This document shows positions 19,609 to 30,867 of a stretch of 64,000 nucleotides of DNA, piece after piece. The notes beneath the pieces are model-generated. The model was not told where the DNA came from, searched no databases, and was given only the letters and a program-made list of their open reading frames with translations. The stretch lies in the sequence record PQ015378.1; one strand, given 5' to 3'. The position numbers and the translations under genes are program-made. Each line of letters begins with the position of its first letter. Positions within the stretch are counted from its first letter, which is position 1.

Positions 19609-21266
19609 TATTGAGCCCTTGCTTTAGGTGCACCGGTCATGTACCGGAGGACCAGGTTAACGGTGTGGATTGCAGAACTGAATGCCAGATCACCACTTGG
19701 ACTGAGGTATGCGATACGAGACGAGAAGAACTTGTTGATCTCTTCGATCGATTCCTTGGAGTACACAATGTTGACTGATACAGTGTCACCGTCGAAGTCG
19801 GCGCCGAGTGGCGACAGGACTGTTGGTGCTACCGATGTGGAGTCGTGCCATTGCGCTACCTTACCTACTTCGAGGATCGGGTATTCCAAAGCCATAGGAG
19901 CGTTTGGATCTCGTTTGAAATCGGAGTCCAGTGGATAACGGAGCTCACCAGTCACGGTTGTCTTCACGTAGATCGACACAGGAATCGACGAGTTGTAGTT
20001 CTCTACGGGGTAACGAGTAACGAAACCACGTAGCGTGTACCACATACTTAAACCGCTCAAGTAGATGAGTTCGGCGTAAGTAATAGGACGAGCCCACTTC
20101 TGATCAAATCCAGGAGGAATGTCATTGATGTCTCGGATGATTCGGAAGTTCTTCTTATCATCCAGATACACCAGTGCCAGGTAATGCCCAGCGACTTCGA
20201 TTGCACGGGAACGCTTCTCGATAACTTCGAGTTCGTTCATTACCCGTTCGAGGCCTTGTGGGGTAGACCACGTTTCCATGTCGTTGACGGATACATCGAC
20301 CCACTCACGCACCAGCGTCTTCTTGTTGACGAGTTGTACGCGGTTGGACATGGTGTCAAAGATCTCGCCGATCACGCCTGTACGCATGCCGTAGATCGTC
20401 TTAGGGGCAGCACCACGAGACGCCTGGTGGATACCGATTACGCAGTCCTTGAACTTCGGACGGTTCGGTTGACCCAAGTCAGCAGCGTTAGTGTCCAGCG
20501 ACGAAATAACGTTACGTGTACCGTTGAAGACTCGACGGGATGCCCACTTGCCTTGGACATAGCCAGACTTGCCGGAGATGAGCTTTTCATAGTGGTCGTA
20601 GATTTCCTGGATCTTGATCTGCATTGCCATGCGACGTTTGTCGTACATGGACAGATCGGTGTTTGGACCGAAGTGGTCTGGTAGACCGGTAGACTGTTGG
20701 AGCAGGACACGATAGACGTCGTTGATCTCATCGTATTCGACTCGACCATCAGGGGACATCTCGGCTTCACGGTAAGCCGCTGGGATTACCAGCATTGCGT
20801 TCAGGTCAGCCTTGTCGCGGTTTTCATTGACGAGCTTCAGACGGACCCGGCGAATGTCGGAATCGGTTTCTTTGAAGACAACCTTCTTCCAGTTGTTGAA
20901 GAAGAACGTGTAGCCCGTTTGGCCATCCAACTCACTGGAACGAACGAAGTCCTTTTCCTCTTCATCGAACACGGCGTATTGACGACCGAGCAGGATGTCC
21001 TCATAGAACGACTTCAGTTTGAGGATATTGCGGTAAACCAGTGGATGGATGCAAGGAAGACCCAACTTGATGTAACCAAAGTTGGATTCGCGTTCATGGC
21101 TACCCACACGGCCGAAGATGTTCACGGAGAACAAACCTTCTTCATGGAAGTTACCGCCCATGCCATGAAAGATTTCGTGGGAGGTTACGCGCCCAACTCG
21201 GGACAGCATTTGGTTGTCTGGAATCAACAGGGAGATGTTGAAAGGGAGTAGTGCCTTTTTCATCAT
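19608..21266 (-). CDS. Virion RNA polymerase beta' subunit (catalytic part; phiKZ gp180-like)
   Basis: 552 aa; catalytic ADFDGD motif, GKSGYVQGKW. Confidence 0.92.
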   Translation of the reverse strand: MMKKALLPFNISLLIPDNQMLSRVGRVTSHEIFHGMGGNFHEEGLFSVNIFGRVGSHERESNFGYIKLGLPCIHPLVYRNILKLKSFYEDILLGRQYAVFDEEEKDFVRSSELDGQTGYTFFFNNWKKVVFKETDSDIRRVRLKLVNENRDKADLNAMLVIPAAYREAEMSPDGRVEYDEINDVYRVLLQQSTGLPDHFGPNTDLSMYDKRRMAMQIKIQEIYDHYEKLISGKSGYVQGKWASRRVFNGTRNVISSLDTNAADLGQPNRPKFKDCVIGIHQASRGAAPKTIYGMRTGVIGEIFDTMSNRVQLVNKKTLVREWVDVSVNDMETWSTPQGLERVMNELEVIEKRSRAIEVAGHYLALVYLDDKKNFRIIRDINDIPPGFDQKWARPITYAELIYLSGLSMWYTLRGFVTRYPVENYNSSIPVSIYVKTTVTGELRYPLDSDFKRDPNAPMALEYPILEVGKVAQWHDSTSVAPTVLSPLGADFDGDTVSVNIVYSKESIEEINKFFSSRIAYLSPSGDLAFSSAIHTVNLVLRYMTGAPKARAQ

Positions 21267-21288
21267 TGGGTCCTTTCGGGGTTAACGA

Positions 21289-21298
21289 TATGTAGTTC
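21289..21298 (+). promoter_or_regulatory. Putative late promoter
   Basis: TATGTAGTTC, identical to the minus-strand motif at 44325-44334; phiKZ late promoters contain TATG. Confidence 0.55.
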
Positions 21299-21316
21299 AA
21301 TGTCTGGAGTAAGACA

Positions 21317-24300
21317 ATGGCAAGCAATAAAACAAAACTGGCGGATGCAAACCAAAAATCAGCATTCGATTTCGATGACGATTTCGAGTCGTACTTTGAC
21401 GACGATTTCAACACGAATAAAAAGAAGAAGCCCCTCCAAGAATTCATGGCGGGTTTCAAAGATGGTCTGCTGGACAAGAATAAAAACAAGAGCCTGTTAC
21501 GGGCATTCTTGGTAAACGGTGCCCCTAAGGGCTACGACCGTTTATTTGGCGCTTACGATGATCTCAAACGTGGCGCTACTGATCTCAAAGACCACTTGGA
21601 GAAAACAAACCCAGGTGATCTGCAATACCTGTTCAAACGAGCCGAGTCTTTCCTGCCGTCCCTCAAGGACAAGGTCTCGGAAAGTACTTATGATCGCTTA
21701 CAGTCGAACATAGCTAATAAGGTTGACCAGTATAAATATCAGATCGAAGCTAACCAAGATCAGAAGCGTGTCGCTATTCGTCGTCAACAGGCGGACGATC
21801 AGAAGAACATGCAGGAGATGCTCGGTGAGGATCTGCGCAGTGCTGTCGACCAAGGTACCGTAGTAAGTCAGAAGCTGTTTAATAAAGGACAGCAAGCTGA
21901 TGACCGTCGGTGGAACCTCGACCGGATTGAACGTGGTCTTCGTGATCAAGCTCAAGACAAGCACAACCAGTACATGTCTCGTGGACTGGCTCAAGCTGTC
22001 GATGGCATCACCCGGATGGCTTCGTACACAGAACAAGTTCATTACGACTTCCAACGTAAGGGTCTGGAACTTCAGTTCCGCTCTTACATTGCTCTCCGCG
22101 ATATGTCCAAAATCGCCGAAGCAACGATGGACATGCAGAACAAAGCTTTCCAAGCACTGGTGCGTAACACTGGCTTGCCAGACCACTTGAAGTCTTCGAT
22201 GAAAGATCTGCTATCGATGAACATGCGTCAGGGTATCGCCCAAGGTGGTATCTCGATGGCTGGCCGTAGCCTCTCCAGCTTTCTGGGTGGCTATGGGAGC
22301 AACGTTCAGAACCGTGTGAACCAACGTGCTAGCTCGACACTGTCGGGCATCGTACAGGGCTTACAGACCGGTGAATCGTTCTCCGACTTCTGGGACCAAC
22401 GCTACAACCTAGCGGGTGGTCTGGCTGCTGACGCCGTTCATGGTGGGATGCGTTCCTATGTCGCTCCGATGGTCGGTCGTATGGCTCGCCCTATGATGAC
22501 TCGGATGTCGAACAAGCATGGTCGCGGTAAGCATAACCAAGTCGGTTACATGCTGGACAACATGCCAGCGATGATGCAGGAGTTCGTCAACAACTACCAG
22601 AACTCTTACGGTGCCAAAGGCGTACTGCAAGACATGCTGCGCCCGTTCGTCCCTCAGTTCGGACTGGACACATCTACCAAATCAGGTAGCTATCAAACGA
22701 TTGGTCAGCACACCGCTTTCAACCAATTGACCCAGCGTACCATCACGGAAATCCTACCGGGCTTCCAAGCTCGTATCTTGCGCGAGCTGCAACGTATTCG
22801 TACAGGTAAGGAAGACATCGCCCTTACTGCTTTCGACATCACCAAGGGGACGTGGGGGACCGACAAGAGCGCTAAGGACGCCCTGCAAGACCGTATCGTT
22901 TCCAAAGGTACGACTCGCATGGTATCCGGTCAGATCTCTGAAGCTCTGGACAAGATGGACCCAGAGAACAAACTGTCTAAAGGTGCGCGTCGTGCTCTGT
23001 CCGAACGACTGATGCGCGACGCTAACACCAACAAACGTTTCGACCCAATGCGTTACGGTTCGAAGTACGGCTATAAAGAAGGAACCTCGAAAGAGACCAT
23101 CGCAGAGCTGGAGTCGTTCTTCAAAGAACAATTCGAACGGGATGATAAAGGTAAGTTCGCAGACACTGCAGCTAACCATGAGAAGCGGAAGATGTATTCC
23201 GACGCTTTCCTCGACATCCGTAACGTATCGCGTGATCCAGCTGCTGAGATCCACCGCATCATCGAATCGGGTAACACCGGTATGTTGCGTGAGATGGGTA
23301 TCCTGGAAACCGTAGAAGGTCAAGACCGTATCAACTATCCGATGCTCTGGGCGATGATGTCGTCTCAGGTAAGTGATACCCATGCTGGTGACGGCTATCG
23401 GTATCGTGAGTCGTCGGGTCAAGTCGGTGACAAGAACTTCGTAGGTCCTGCTTTCCCTGGCCATGCATCAGCGCGTGCTCAAAACGCAACCATTCGCTTC
23501 CTGGAAGGTCCACAAGCACAACGTGCTAAGGATGCAGCCAAACGCGGCATGGGTTCCGCTAAAGATCTCATGGATCAATTCCGTGCCGATCCAATGCAGT
23601 TCATGCGTGACAAGTACGAAGCTGGTCTACAGGGTGCGAAGGACAAAGGTGGTCAACTCCGCGATTCCGCTAAGGCGGCAGCTGATGCCGCTAAAGCCGG
23701 TGGTTTGCCAGCAGTCATGGAACACTTCTCTGCCAAAGAGAAACTGGACATGGCTAAGGCACTGCTAGAGAACACGATCGAGAAAGAACCACCAGCGATG
23801 CGTGAAGCTCGTCTGAAGATGGCTCAAGCGCTGATCGCTTCTATCGACACGGCCGCTGAGAAAGGTAACCAACTGCTCGCTACCGAAACTGGTCAGAAAG
23901 CTGTTGCTGCCGGTAACCAGATGTTGGCCTTGGGTCATGACACCGCCGAACAGATCCGTCAATCGGAAGCTGCAGGTGTTGTCGACCTGAAGCTCCAGGA
24001 AGGTAAAGAAGTACTCATCAAAGCCACTGACATGATGCAGGGTAAGCTGATCGACGTGAACACCGGTAAGGTTATCCGTCGTGCTTCCGATATCACTGGT
24101 GAAGTTCGTAACCACCTGAACCAACAAGTTGCCTCTGCTTCCGAAGTCGCACAGGGTCTCTACTCTGATCGCGGTAAGCTGATGGCACAAGCCCGTGAGA
24201 AACTCGACAGTATCCAAGCCGTCATTAAATCCACTGCGACTAACCTGGCTGGCCAGGCTAAAGACAAACTGGATGACATGAAAGACTGGTGCCTGGAAGG

Positions 24301-27300
24301 CAAGAACGAGGTCATCATAAAGTCTCGTGAACTGCTGGATGGTAAATACTTCGATGCTGAATCGGGTGAACCGATCTACTCACTCGACGACATTAAAGGT
24401 ACGCTGTTAGATGCCCAAGGTCGTATCATCGCAACGGGTGAAGAACTCGCTCGCGGTCTTCGGTCGATGGATGGCAAGAAGTTCGATGTTCCTGGCATGA
24501 AAGAGAAAGCTTCTGCTCTGGCTAAGCAACTCTGGCGAGGTAACACTACGTCGAACATTCTGTCGATGATGGGAACTGCTGGTTCCTTCATGTGGAAGCT
24601 GGCTCGTAACACGTATGCTCGGATGACGGGTGATCGCGATGCTTACTTGCCTCCTAACCTGAAGCCGATCCTTACAGTTGAGAAACTGAAAGAAGGCAAG
24701 TACCTTAACTCCAAAGGCGAACCCTACAAATCGATGGGTGATATCAATGACTCGGTAATTGATGCTGATACTGGTGTGGCATTGCTGGACAAAGGTGAGT
24801 TGAAACAACTCGTCGATGTCAACGGTAAGAAGCACAAGATCGCTAAGAACCGTGGTCTGCTCCGTCGGATGGTTAAAGGGGCAGCAAGTGGGTACTGGAA
24901 CCTGACGAAGGCGTACTATCGTCAACTGGGTAAAGAGTTCGGCATGGATGCAAAAGCGGGTGCTAAAACCCTGCTGGCCCCAATGGGTGAATTCTCTAAA
25001 CGTCAATTAGCCAACCTGTCCACTACCGACCAAGTGTTGGTACAGATCCGTGACGCCATCCGTGAAACCGTTCCGAAGAAGAATCGGAAAGGTAGTTGGA
25101 TGGAGAAAGCCGAGAAGAAAGAACAAGATGCTCAGAATGCTAATGGTTCCGATGCGAAAGCAGAGAAAGAACGCAAAGGCATGTTCGCCGGGTTGACTGG
25201 TGCTATCGGTGGTCTGTGGGACAAACTGCGTGGGAAGAAGAAAGATGAAGAAGGTGATGAGGACGGCGAAGGTGGTGGGATCCTGGACACTGCACAAGAT
25301 GCTCTGGGTACCGCGGCAGATGCTAAGGATCTGTTCGGCGGTCGGGGAGGCCGTAGGGGACGCGGTGCAGGCCGACTAGGTCGTATGGGTTCTCGGATTG
25401 CCAGCTCTCGGGTTGGTCAGTTCGTAGCTACCCAAGGTGGCCGTATGTTGGCTACCCGTGGTGCCATGATGGTTGGTACTGCTCTGGCTGGTCTGTTCTC
25501 TGCACCGGTTCTGATCGGTGCAGCTGTAGTTGCAGGTGTTGGCGTGGCTGGTTACGTCGGCTATAAATACTACAAGTCAGTTAACGGTGAGTTGGGTAAC
25601 CTGCGTTATCTGCAGTACGGTGTGAACGGTATCCGTAAACGTCGTAAGATCCTGGCACTGGAAAAGCTTCTGGAGAAAACCGCCGTTCGTGGTCAGAACG
25701 CACAGTTGAACTTGAATGCCGACTCTGGTAAAGAGATCATGGACATCATGGGCTTCTCCAAAGATGACGAAGCCGAGATCCATCGGTTCGCTCGTTGGGT
25801 TGACCTACGCTTTAAGCCAGTGTTCATTCAGTGGCTCCGTGCACTCGATACCGTCGGTCAAACCCAAATGTCTCTGGCGGATATCGATGACAAGCTGGAC
25901 GATAAACTGAAAGGCACGTTCCTCCAGGAAGTTCAGATCGAGTACGGTGAGGGTGGTCCGTTCTCAATGCGTGATAACCCATTCGGTGATAAAGAGCCGT
26001 TGGATGATACCATCGAAGAAACCAAAGAAGTCTTCGAGAAGCTGAAGGCCAAGTACAAGGTCGATCCAGAAGCCGAGAAGAAGGCTGGTCTCCCAGGTGT
26101 ACAACCTGAGGCATCGAAAGATCCCGATAATGTCAAGCGTTGGGAAGAAGGTGAAGCTCCGGCTAATCCGGCAGGTACTGTCGTAGGCGCCGCTGCAACC
26201 GCTGCTGCGAAGAAAGCTGCAGATGAGGCTAAGGCCGTCGGTAAGCAAGGGCTGGAAGAGAAGAAGAAGACTGCGCAAGATCTGTCGAACAAAGTCAACG
26301 CAATCGCGAAGGCTGCAGCGGTAGGTTCCACTGCACAGTTCTCCAACTTCGTATCTAACCCAGTTAAGCTACCGAACACTACACTTCCAGCATTGGACGC
26401 GATCCGTATGCGTGCGTACGGTTTGGAGACTCTGGACCAGGCATTCGTTGAGGCTCTGATGACCATGGAGAAATCCGTGCATCGTCAATCCAAAGCGGAT
26501 CAGACTGGAATGATCAAGTTCAACGGCAACATGGAATACTTCGTGGGTGCATGTGGTAGCTTGCTCGGGATGAAGACCTCGGAGAATGGTCCTGAACGAG
26601 TCAAGTTCGTGAACTGGATGAACCAGCGTTTCATGCCGGTGTGTGAAGCCTTCCTGACTTCTCTGCGGGTTACCTACCGCGGACAGCCAGACCAAGCATC
26701 TACCCAGATTCAGTTGGGTGATCAGGTTCGTATTGCAAATGCCATCATCGGGGCGCAGTCACCAGACTCTACAGCTGTGTGGTCCACGCCTTCGATCTTC
26801 GTTATCGCTGGTGAATTACAAGACCTGAAGCGTCTGGCCGATATCGACCTGGATGATCTGAAGAAGAAAGCTGCCGCTGTGTTGTCCTCGCCGACTCAAT
26901 CAGCTGGCGCGCAGGAAGCGGGTAAGAACGCAGCGGCTGGTGGTAAGTCCTTCCTGGATGGTATCACCGACACGCTGTCCGGTGCTGCTAAAGCTACTGG
27001 TTCGTTCATCTCTGGCGCGGTCGATGGTGTGGGTAGTGCACTGTCCGGCGCGGTATCTGGTATCAAGTCGTTCTTCGGCGGTTCTTCTGATACGTCGAGT
27101 GGTTCGTCTTACAGTGGTTCTCAAACGGGTCAAGACGTGGCTGCTGTCGAAGGGCAACAGTTCGGCTATATCCAGGCGGGTAACGGCGGTAGCTGGGAAC
27201 AGATCCCAATGCCAACTGCTAAGACGGCTAAGGGTTCTCGCGCAACCATGGAAGCGGTTGCCAAGATGGTTGGTGTTCCTGTTGAATACCTGATGATCTT

Positions 27301-28336
27301 CTGTGCTATGGAATCCGGTTTCGACTGGACCATTAAAGCAGGGGCAGGTGGTTCGGCCACTGGTTGGTTCCAGTTCATCAACTCGACCTGGGATTGGATG
27401 CTGCAACAGCATTCCAAGAAGTACGGTATTCCACCGGACGTAGGTCGTCGTCTCCGTCTCGATCCACGTATCAACGCCCTGATGGGTGCCGAGTACATGA
27501 AGTACTCCATGCAGGTCATCAAGAAGGGTTGTGGTAAAGATCCTACCGACATCGACATCTACCTGGCTCACTTCTTGGGGCCTGGTACTGCAGTGAAGTG
27601 GTTGAAGATGCCGAAGAACACTGTGGGAGCTTACGCCTTCCCTAGAGAGGCTGCAGCTAACCCATCGATCTTCAAGGGTGGTAGAACACTCGGCCAGATC
27701 GAACAGTCGTTCGACAAACGTATGGACCAGTTCCGTGCAATGGCTTCCGCTGGTACGTCCACTGGCGCAGCGGTCCCTCTGAAAACTGAGGACGTTGAAA
27801 AGGCCACGGCAGAAGAAGCCGCCAAGAAGGCAGAAGCTGAAGCCAAGAAAGATGACAAGTTCATCCCTGGTGTATCGGCAATGCCTGGTGGTCCTTCGGT
27901 CACAGGTTCGACTCCTACCAACGCAGGTACTGGTGGCGCTACACAGCCAGGTGTAACGGGTGGTGGTGCGACTACAGCTCCGGCTGGCGGTCAAACTGCA
28001 CCAGTGGGTGTAATGGCGCCGACTCAATCGCAAACCGAGTCTCCGGACGCAGGTGCATCGAGTACGGGTGGGAACGCGTATCAACAAGCACAAGCCGCGG
28101 CACAAGCGGCAGCTGCAGCGAAAGATGCTGAACGCGCGAAGCAGGTCGGCCAGGAAACTCAAGGTGCACAGAGTATCCTGTCGATCAACCAAGAGATGTT
28201 GTCTGTACAAAAGGCACAACTCGAAGCTCTGAAGGCGCTGGTACAAGGCCAAGGGCTTGGTGGTCAGGGCAATAGTATGCCCAAGGCTTCACCCACACGG
28301 GGAGCAAACAACTCACCGTTCCCGGTGACTGTCTAA
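21317..28336 (+). CDS. Tail tape-measure / lytic transglycosylase, phiKZ gp181-like
   Basis: 2339 aa, Ala/Lys/Gly-rich helical; C-terminal SLT domain (MESGF...SATGWFQFINSTW...IYLAHFLGPG). Confidence 0.9.
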   Translation: MASNKTKLADANQKSAFDFDDDFESYFDDDFNTNKKKKPLQEFMAGFKDGLLDKNKNKSLLRAFLVNGAPKGYDRLFGAYDDLKRGATDLKDHLEKTNPGDLQYLFKRAESFLPSLKDKVSESTYDRLQSNIANKVDQYKYQIEANQDQKRVAIRRQQADDQKNMQEMLGEDLRSAVDQGTVVSQKLFNKGQQADDRRWNLDRIERGLRDQAQDKHNQYMSRGLAQAVDGITRMASYTEQVHYDFQRKGLELQFRSYIALRDMSKIAEATMDMQNKAFQALVRNTGLPDHLKSSMKDLLSMNMRQGIAQGGISMAGRSLSSFLGGYGSNVQNRVNQRASSTLSGIVQGLQTGESFSDFWDQRYNLAGGLAADAVHGGMRSYVAPMVGRMARPMMTRMSNKHGRGKHNQVGYMLDNMPAMMQEFVNNYQNSYGAKGVLQDMLRPFVPQFGLDTSTKSGSYQTIGQHTAFNQLTQRTITEILPGFQARILRELQRIRTGKEDIALTAFDITKGTWGTDKSAKDALQDRIVSKGTTRMVSGQISEALDKMDPENKLSKGARRALSERLMRDANTNKRFDPMRYGSKYGYKEGTSKETIAELESFFKEQFERDDKGKFADTAANHEKRKMYSDAFLDIRNVSRDPAAEIHRIIESGNTGMLREMGILETVEGQDRINYPMLWAMMSSQVSDTHAGDGYRYRESSGQVGDKNFVGPAFPGHASARAQNATIRFLEGPQAQRAKDAAKRGMGSAKDLMDQFRADPMQFMRDKYEAGLQGAKDKGGQLRDSAKAAADAAKAGGLPAVMEHFSAKEKLDMAKALLENTIEKEPPAMREARLKMAQALIASIDTAAEKGNQLLATETGQKAVAAGNQMLALGHDTAEQIRQSEAAGVVDLKLQEGKEVLIKATDMMQGKLIDVNTGKVIRRASDITGEVRNHLNQQVASASEVAQGLYSDRGKLMAQAREKLDSIQAVIKSTATNLAGQAKDKLDDMKDWCLEGKNEVIIKSRELLDGKYFDAESGEPIYSLDDIKGTLLDAQGRIIATGEELARGLRSMDGKKFDVPGMKEKASALAKQLWRGNTTSNILSMMGTAGSFMWKLARNTYARMTGDRDAYLPPNLKPILTVEKLKEGKYLNSKGEPYKSMGDINDSVIDADTGVALLDKGELKQLVDVNGKKHKIAKNRGLLRRMVKGAASGYWNLTKAYYRQLGKEFGMDAKAGAKTLLAPMGEFSKRQLANLSTTDQVLVQIRDAIRETVPKKNRKGSWMEKAEKKEQDAQNANGSDAKAEKERKGMFAGLTGAIGGLWDKLRGKKKDEEGDEDGEGGGILDTAQDALGTAADAKDLFGGRGGRRGRGAGRLGRMGSRIASSRVGQFVATQGGRMLATRGAMMVGTALAGLFSAPVLIGAAVVAGVGVAGYVGYKYYKSVNGELGNLRYLQYGVNGIRKRRKILALEKLLEKTAVRGQNAQLNLNADSGKEIMDIMGFSKDDEAEIHRFARWVDLRFKPVFIQWLRALDTVGQTQMSLADIDDKLDDKLKGTFLQEVQIEYGEGGPFSMRDNPFGDKEPLDDTIEETKEVFEKLKAKYKVDPEAEKKAGLPGVQPEASKDPDNVKRWEEGEAPANPAGTVVGAAATAAAKKAADEAKAVGKQGLEEKKKTAQDLSNKVNAIAKAAAVGSTAQFSNFVSNPVKLPNTTLPALDAIRMRAYGLETLDQAFVEALMTMEKSVHRQSKADQTGMIKFNGNMEYFVGACGSLLGMKTSENGPERVKFVNWMNQRFMPVCEAFLTSLRVTYRGQPDQASTQIQLGDQVRIANAIIGAQSPDSTAVWSTPSIFVIAGELQDLKRLADIDLDDLKKKAAAVLSSPTQSAGAQEAGKNAAAGGKSFLDGITDTLSGAAKATGSFISGAVDGVGSALSGAVSGIKSFFGGSSDTSSGSSYSGSQTGQDVAAVEGQQFGYIQAGNGGSWEQIPMPTAKTAKGSRATMEAVAKMVGVPVEYLMIFCAMESGFDWTIKAGAGGSATGWFQFINSTWDWMLQQHSKKYGIPPDVGRRLRLDPRINALMGAEYMKYSMQVIKKGCGKDPTDIDIYLAHFLGPGTAVKWLKMPKNTVGAYAFPREAAANPSIFKGGRTLGQIEQSFDKRMDQFRAMASAGTSTGAAVPLKTEDVEKATAEEAAKKAEAEAKKDDKFIPGVSAMPGGPSVTGSTPTNAGTGGATQPGVTGGGATTAPAGGQTAPVGVMAPTQSQTESPDAGASSTGGNAYQQAQAAAQAAAAAKDAERAKQVGQETQGAQSILSINQEMLSVQKAQLEALKALVQGQGLGGQGNSMPKASPTRGANNSPFPVTV

Positions 28337-28340
28337 CTTA

Positions 28341-28363
28341 GGGCTCTCCTTCGGGAGAGCTTT
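28341..28363 (+). terminator. Hairpin terminator
   Basis: GCTCTCC-ttcg-GGAGAGC-ttt. Confidence 0.7.
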
Positions 28364-28384
28364 ATTTCGCATCAAGGTATCAAC

Positions 28385-30364
28385 ATGTCAACTCCAACTC
28401 TCGATACACCAGTTTGGTTACGACAAGCATTCCTGTTGCCGACCTCGACTGACCAAGTGTCTTTCGGTTCGATGACCCGTCGTCGTTTCGCAAACTCTGC
28501 AGCATTCAAGTTCACCAACACTACTCCTGGTGGGAACTTCACAATCAACAACCTGCCACAATATACTCGCCACGCTGATATCCGCCAGCCTGGGCGTGGA
28601 CGCACTCCCGAAATGAAGAAGTACGGGATGGGGCGTTACTACTCTGAAGCACACGATGACTTGGCACAGAAGCTGCACTTGTCCTTCGGTGTCCCTCGGT
28701 TCTCTAGCTGGGCATCGTTCTTCACTAACTTCTACGATCGCTCTGCTGCAATGTTTGCCAACTCAGGTAAGACCACCGACGTGTGGTACAACCTGGGTAA
28801 CACGCTGATGTTCGTGGTATCGCTTCCGGTACAGCCATTCATCATCGGTATCACTGCTGTATCTCGGGTACTGAGCTTCTTGTCGAAGAGCTCTCCATCG
28901 AAGTGGTTCTACTTCAAACCCACGATGCATGCGTATTGGTCTGCGGTAAACACACTGGCCAACGAATTCGCAATCAACATGGGTTTGCAACCTCGACTGT
29001 ATACCGAACCAGGTACACAGGACGCAATGAAAGATCCAGGGGCTACTGTTACAGTAGACGACATGAAACGCTTTGCTGAGATGATGCCCGGTCTATTCCA
29101 CCCGAATGGTGGTGTTGACGTGATGTCGCTGGCTGGCCGTGCACAGCGTAAGGCGGACGAAGCTCGTAAGGCTTGGTCAGCAATGCAGGAGAAAGCTCGT
29201 AACATCCAAGAACTCCGCGCAGGTGTAATGACAGAGATCGGTAAGAAATATTCTGACCCTCGGCCAAAGCAGACGGCTCGTGAATACTTCCTGGAATATC
29301 TGAAGGCTGACCCAGCAGGTGAATCTCAGGTAATCGACTCTGAGAAGTTCAACGAATGGGGTGACCTGTCCAAAGTGTATGAGTTCATGACGGGCGCGCA
29401 ACGAGACGGTATGCAATTCGTTACCCTACGGGCCGATCCATCGGGCGAACAATCCGAATCGTTCTCCAGCACAACTACTTCGGTGGGTGTGGCACAGACG
29501 TTGAACACAAAGGTTACTGAAGGACGAGCTGCACAGTTCAACTTCATGCAGGGTAACATCACAGAACTTGCCGGTGCTGCATTCCAAGCAGTATCCAGTT
29601 TCGTAGGTGGTGCATTAGACATGGTCAACATGTCTGGTCTTGCAACCCTGGCCGGTTCTGCATTCGTAGACGTACCAGAATACTGGGAAAGCTCTGTAGC
29701 GTCTCTTCCAACAGCGTCGTACACCATCCCTCTGGTCTGTGCTCATGGCAACAAGATGTCTCGCTTCTTGAACATCTTCCTTCCGCTGGCCATGATCCTT
29801 CCAATGGCACTGCCACGTTCGGCTGGTCGCTCTGCGTACACTGCGCCATTCATCTGCCAGTTGTTCCACCAAGGACGTAACCAAAAGCAACTTTGTATTG
29901 TTGACTCGTTGACGATCAAACGAGGTTCTGGCCACGTGGGTTGGAACGCAGATAACGAAATGTTGAACTGCGAAGTACAGATCTCGTTCAAAGACCTAAC
30001 CAAGATCATGCACATCCCACTGAAAGCAGGCTTTGCTTCTGCTAGCTGGTTGGGCACTGCTGCACGTGGTGCTGCGATGGCTGCGGCTGAGATGGTTGGT
30101 GAAACCACTCTGAACGTAACCACTGCATTGACCAACGGTGCGGTTTGGGATGAACAGTCGTTGTTCCAGGACTACACGGCCACCCTGACCTCATTGTCTT
30201 GGGCTGAGTATTACTACGCGGGCAAACGACTGAACCTGAACATTGCCAAGCAGGTCCAGGCATTCCGTAGTTGGCGATCACCATCTAACATGATGTCCTG
30301 GCTGTTGGATAGTGATGCTGCGCGGACGGTAGCTGCATTCGCTGCATCGACAGACCGGTTCTAA
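28385..30364 (+). CDS. Virion tail/baseplate-associated protein, phiKZ gp182-like
   Basis: 659 aa directly after the tape measure; SD AAGGT. Confidence 0.65.
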   Translation: MSTPTLDTPVWLRQAFLLPTSTDQVSFGSMTRRRFANSAAFKFTNTTPGGNFTINNLPQYTRHADIRQPGRGRTPEMKKYGMGRYYSEAHDDLAQKLHLSFGVPRFSSWASFFTNFYDRSAAMFANSGKTTDVWYNLGNTLMFVVSLPVQPFIIGITAVSRVLSFLSKSSPSKWFYFKPTMHAYWSAVNTLANEFAINMGLQPRLYTEPGTQDAMKDPGATVTVDDMKRFAEMMPGLFHPNGGVDVMSLAGRAQRKADEARKAWSAMQEKARNIQELRAGVMTEIGKKYSDPRPKQTAREYFLEYLKADPAGESQVIDSEKFNEWGDLSKVYEFMTGAQRDGMQFVTLRADPSGEQSESFSSTTTSVGVAQTLNTKVTEGRAAQFNFMQGNITELAGAAFQAVSSFVGGALDMVNMSGLATLAGSAFVDVPEYWESSVASLPTASYTIPLVCAHGNKMSRFLNIFLPLAMILPMALPRSAGRSAYTAPFICQLFHQGRNQKQLCIVDSLTIKRGSGHVGWNADNEMLNCEVQISFKDLTKIMHIPLKAGFASASWLGTAARGAAMAAAEMVGETTLNVTTALTNGAVWDEQSLFQDYTATLTSLSWAEYYYAGKRLNLNIAKQVQAFRSWRSPSNMMSWLLDSDAARTVAAFAASTDRF

Positions 30365-30384
30365 AAAGAAATACTGGGGATAGT

Positions 30385-30400
30385 GATCTAATGTAGACAC
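30385..30400 (+). promoter_or_regulatory. Putative late-type promoter
   Basis: GATCTAATGTAGACAC, exact 16-nt repeat of 3119-3134. Confidence 0.55.
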
Positions 30401-30440
30401 AGCCGTGTCATCTCACAATCCCCGCAACTGGAGCCTCACA

Positions 30441-30860
30441 ATGTCGAACCTGTCCTTCATCCAAAACCTCGGTCTGAAACTGCTGGGTGACGCCCTGTCC
30501 ACCATCAAAGGTGACGTGGTTACCCTGACTCGCAAGACCGTCGAGAAAGAAAACGAAACCAAGACCCTGGACGCTATCGTTGGCACTCCACGTCTGGAAC
30601 GTTTCTTCCAGAACGTCCTCACTGATCGCTCCGGCCCTGGCGCTACCCAAATCGCTTCCGCTCTCCTGAGTGGTATCGTGGGTGGCAATAAAGTCGCCTA
30701 CGCCATCACCGAAGCTGCTCGCACCGCCGAAGAATCCGGCGAAGGCTTCATGAAGAAGAAAGCCGCTGTCCTGCGCGTCATCCGCGAAGTCGCTCCTGGA
30801 CTGAAGAAGTCCCAGGAACAACTCGCGATCGAGCTGGCTGTTCAGCTGATCAAAGACTGA
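30441..30860 (+). CDS. Hypothetical protein (139 aa), C-terminus resembles LL-H-type holin tails
   Basis: Start revised to ATG 30441 (SD GGAG); ends G..KKAAVL..I........Q.QLAIELAVQLIK. Confidence 0.5.
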   Translation: MSNLSFIQNLGLKLLGDALSTIKGDVVTLTRKTVEKENETKTLDAIVGTPRLERFFQNVLTDRSGPGATQIASALLSGIVGGNKVAYAITEAARTAEESGEGFMKKKAAVLRVIREVAPGLKKSQEQLAIELAVQLIKD

Positions 30861-30867
30861 TCCATCC

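Noticed and set aside
15133-21266. Introns, inteins or homing endonucleases in RNAP, helicase, ligase or SbcC genes
   Set aside because: All are continuous ORFs of expected size with no recognisable splicing motifs or HNH/LAGLIDADG/GIY-YIG inserts.
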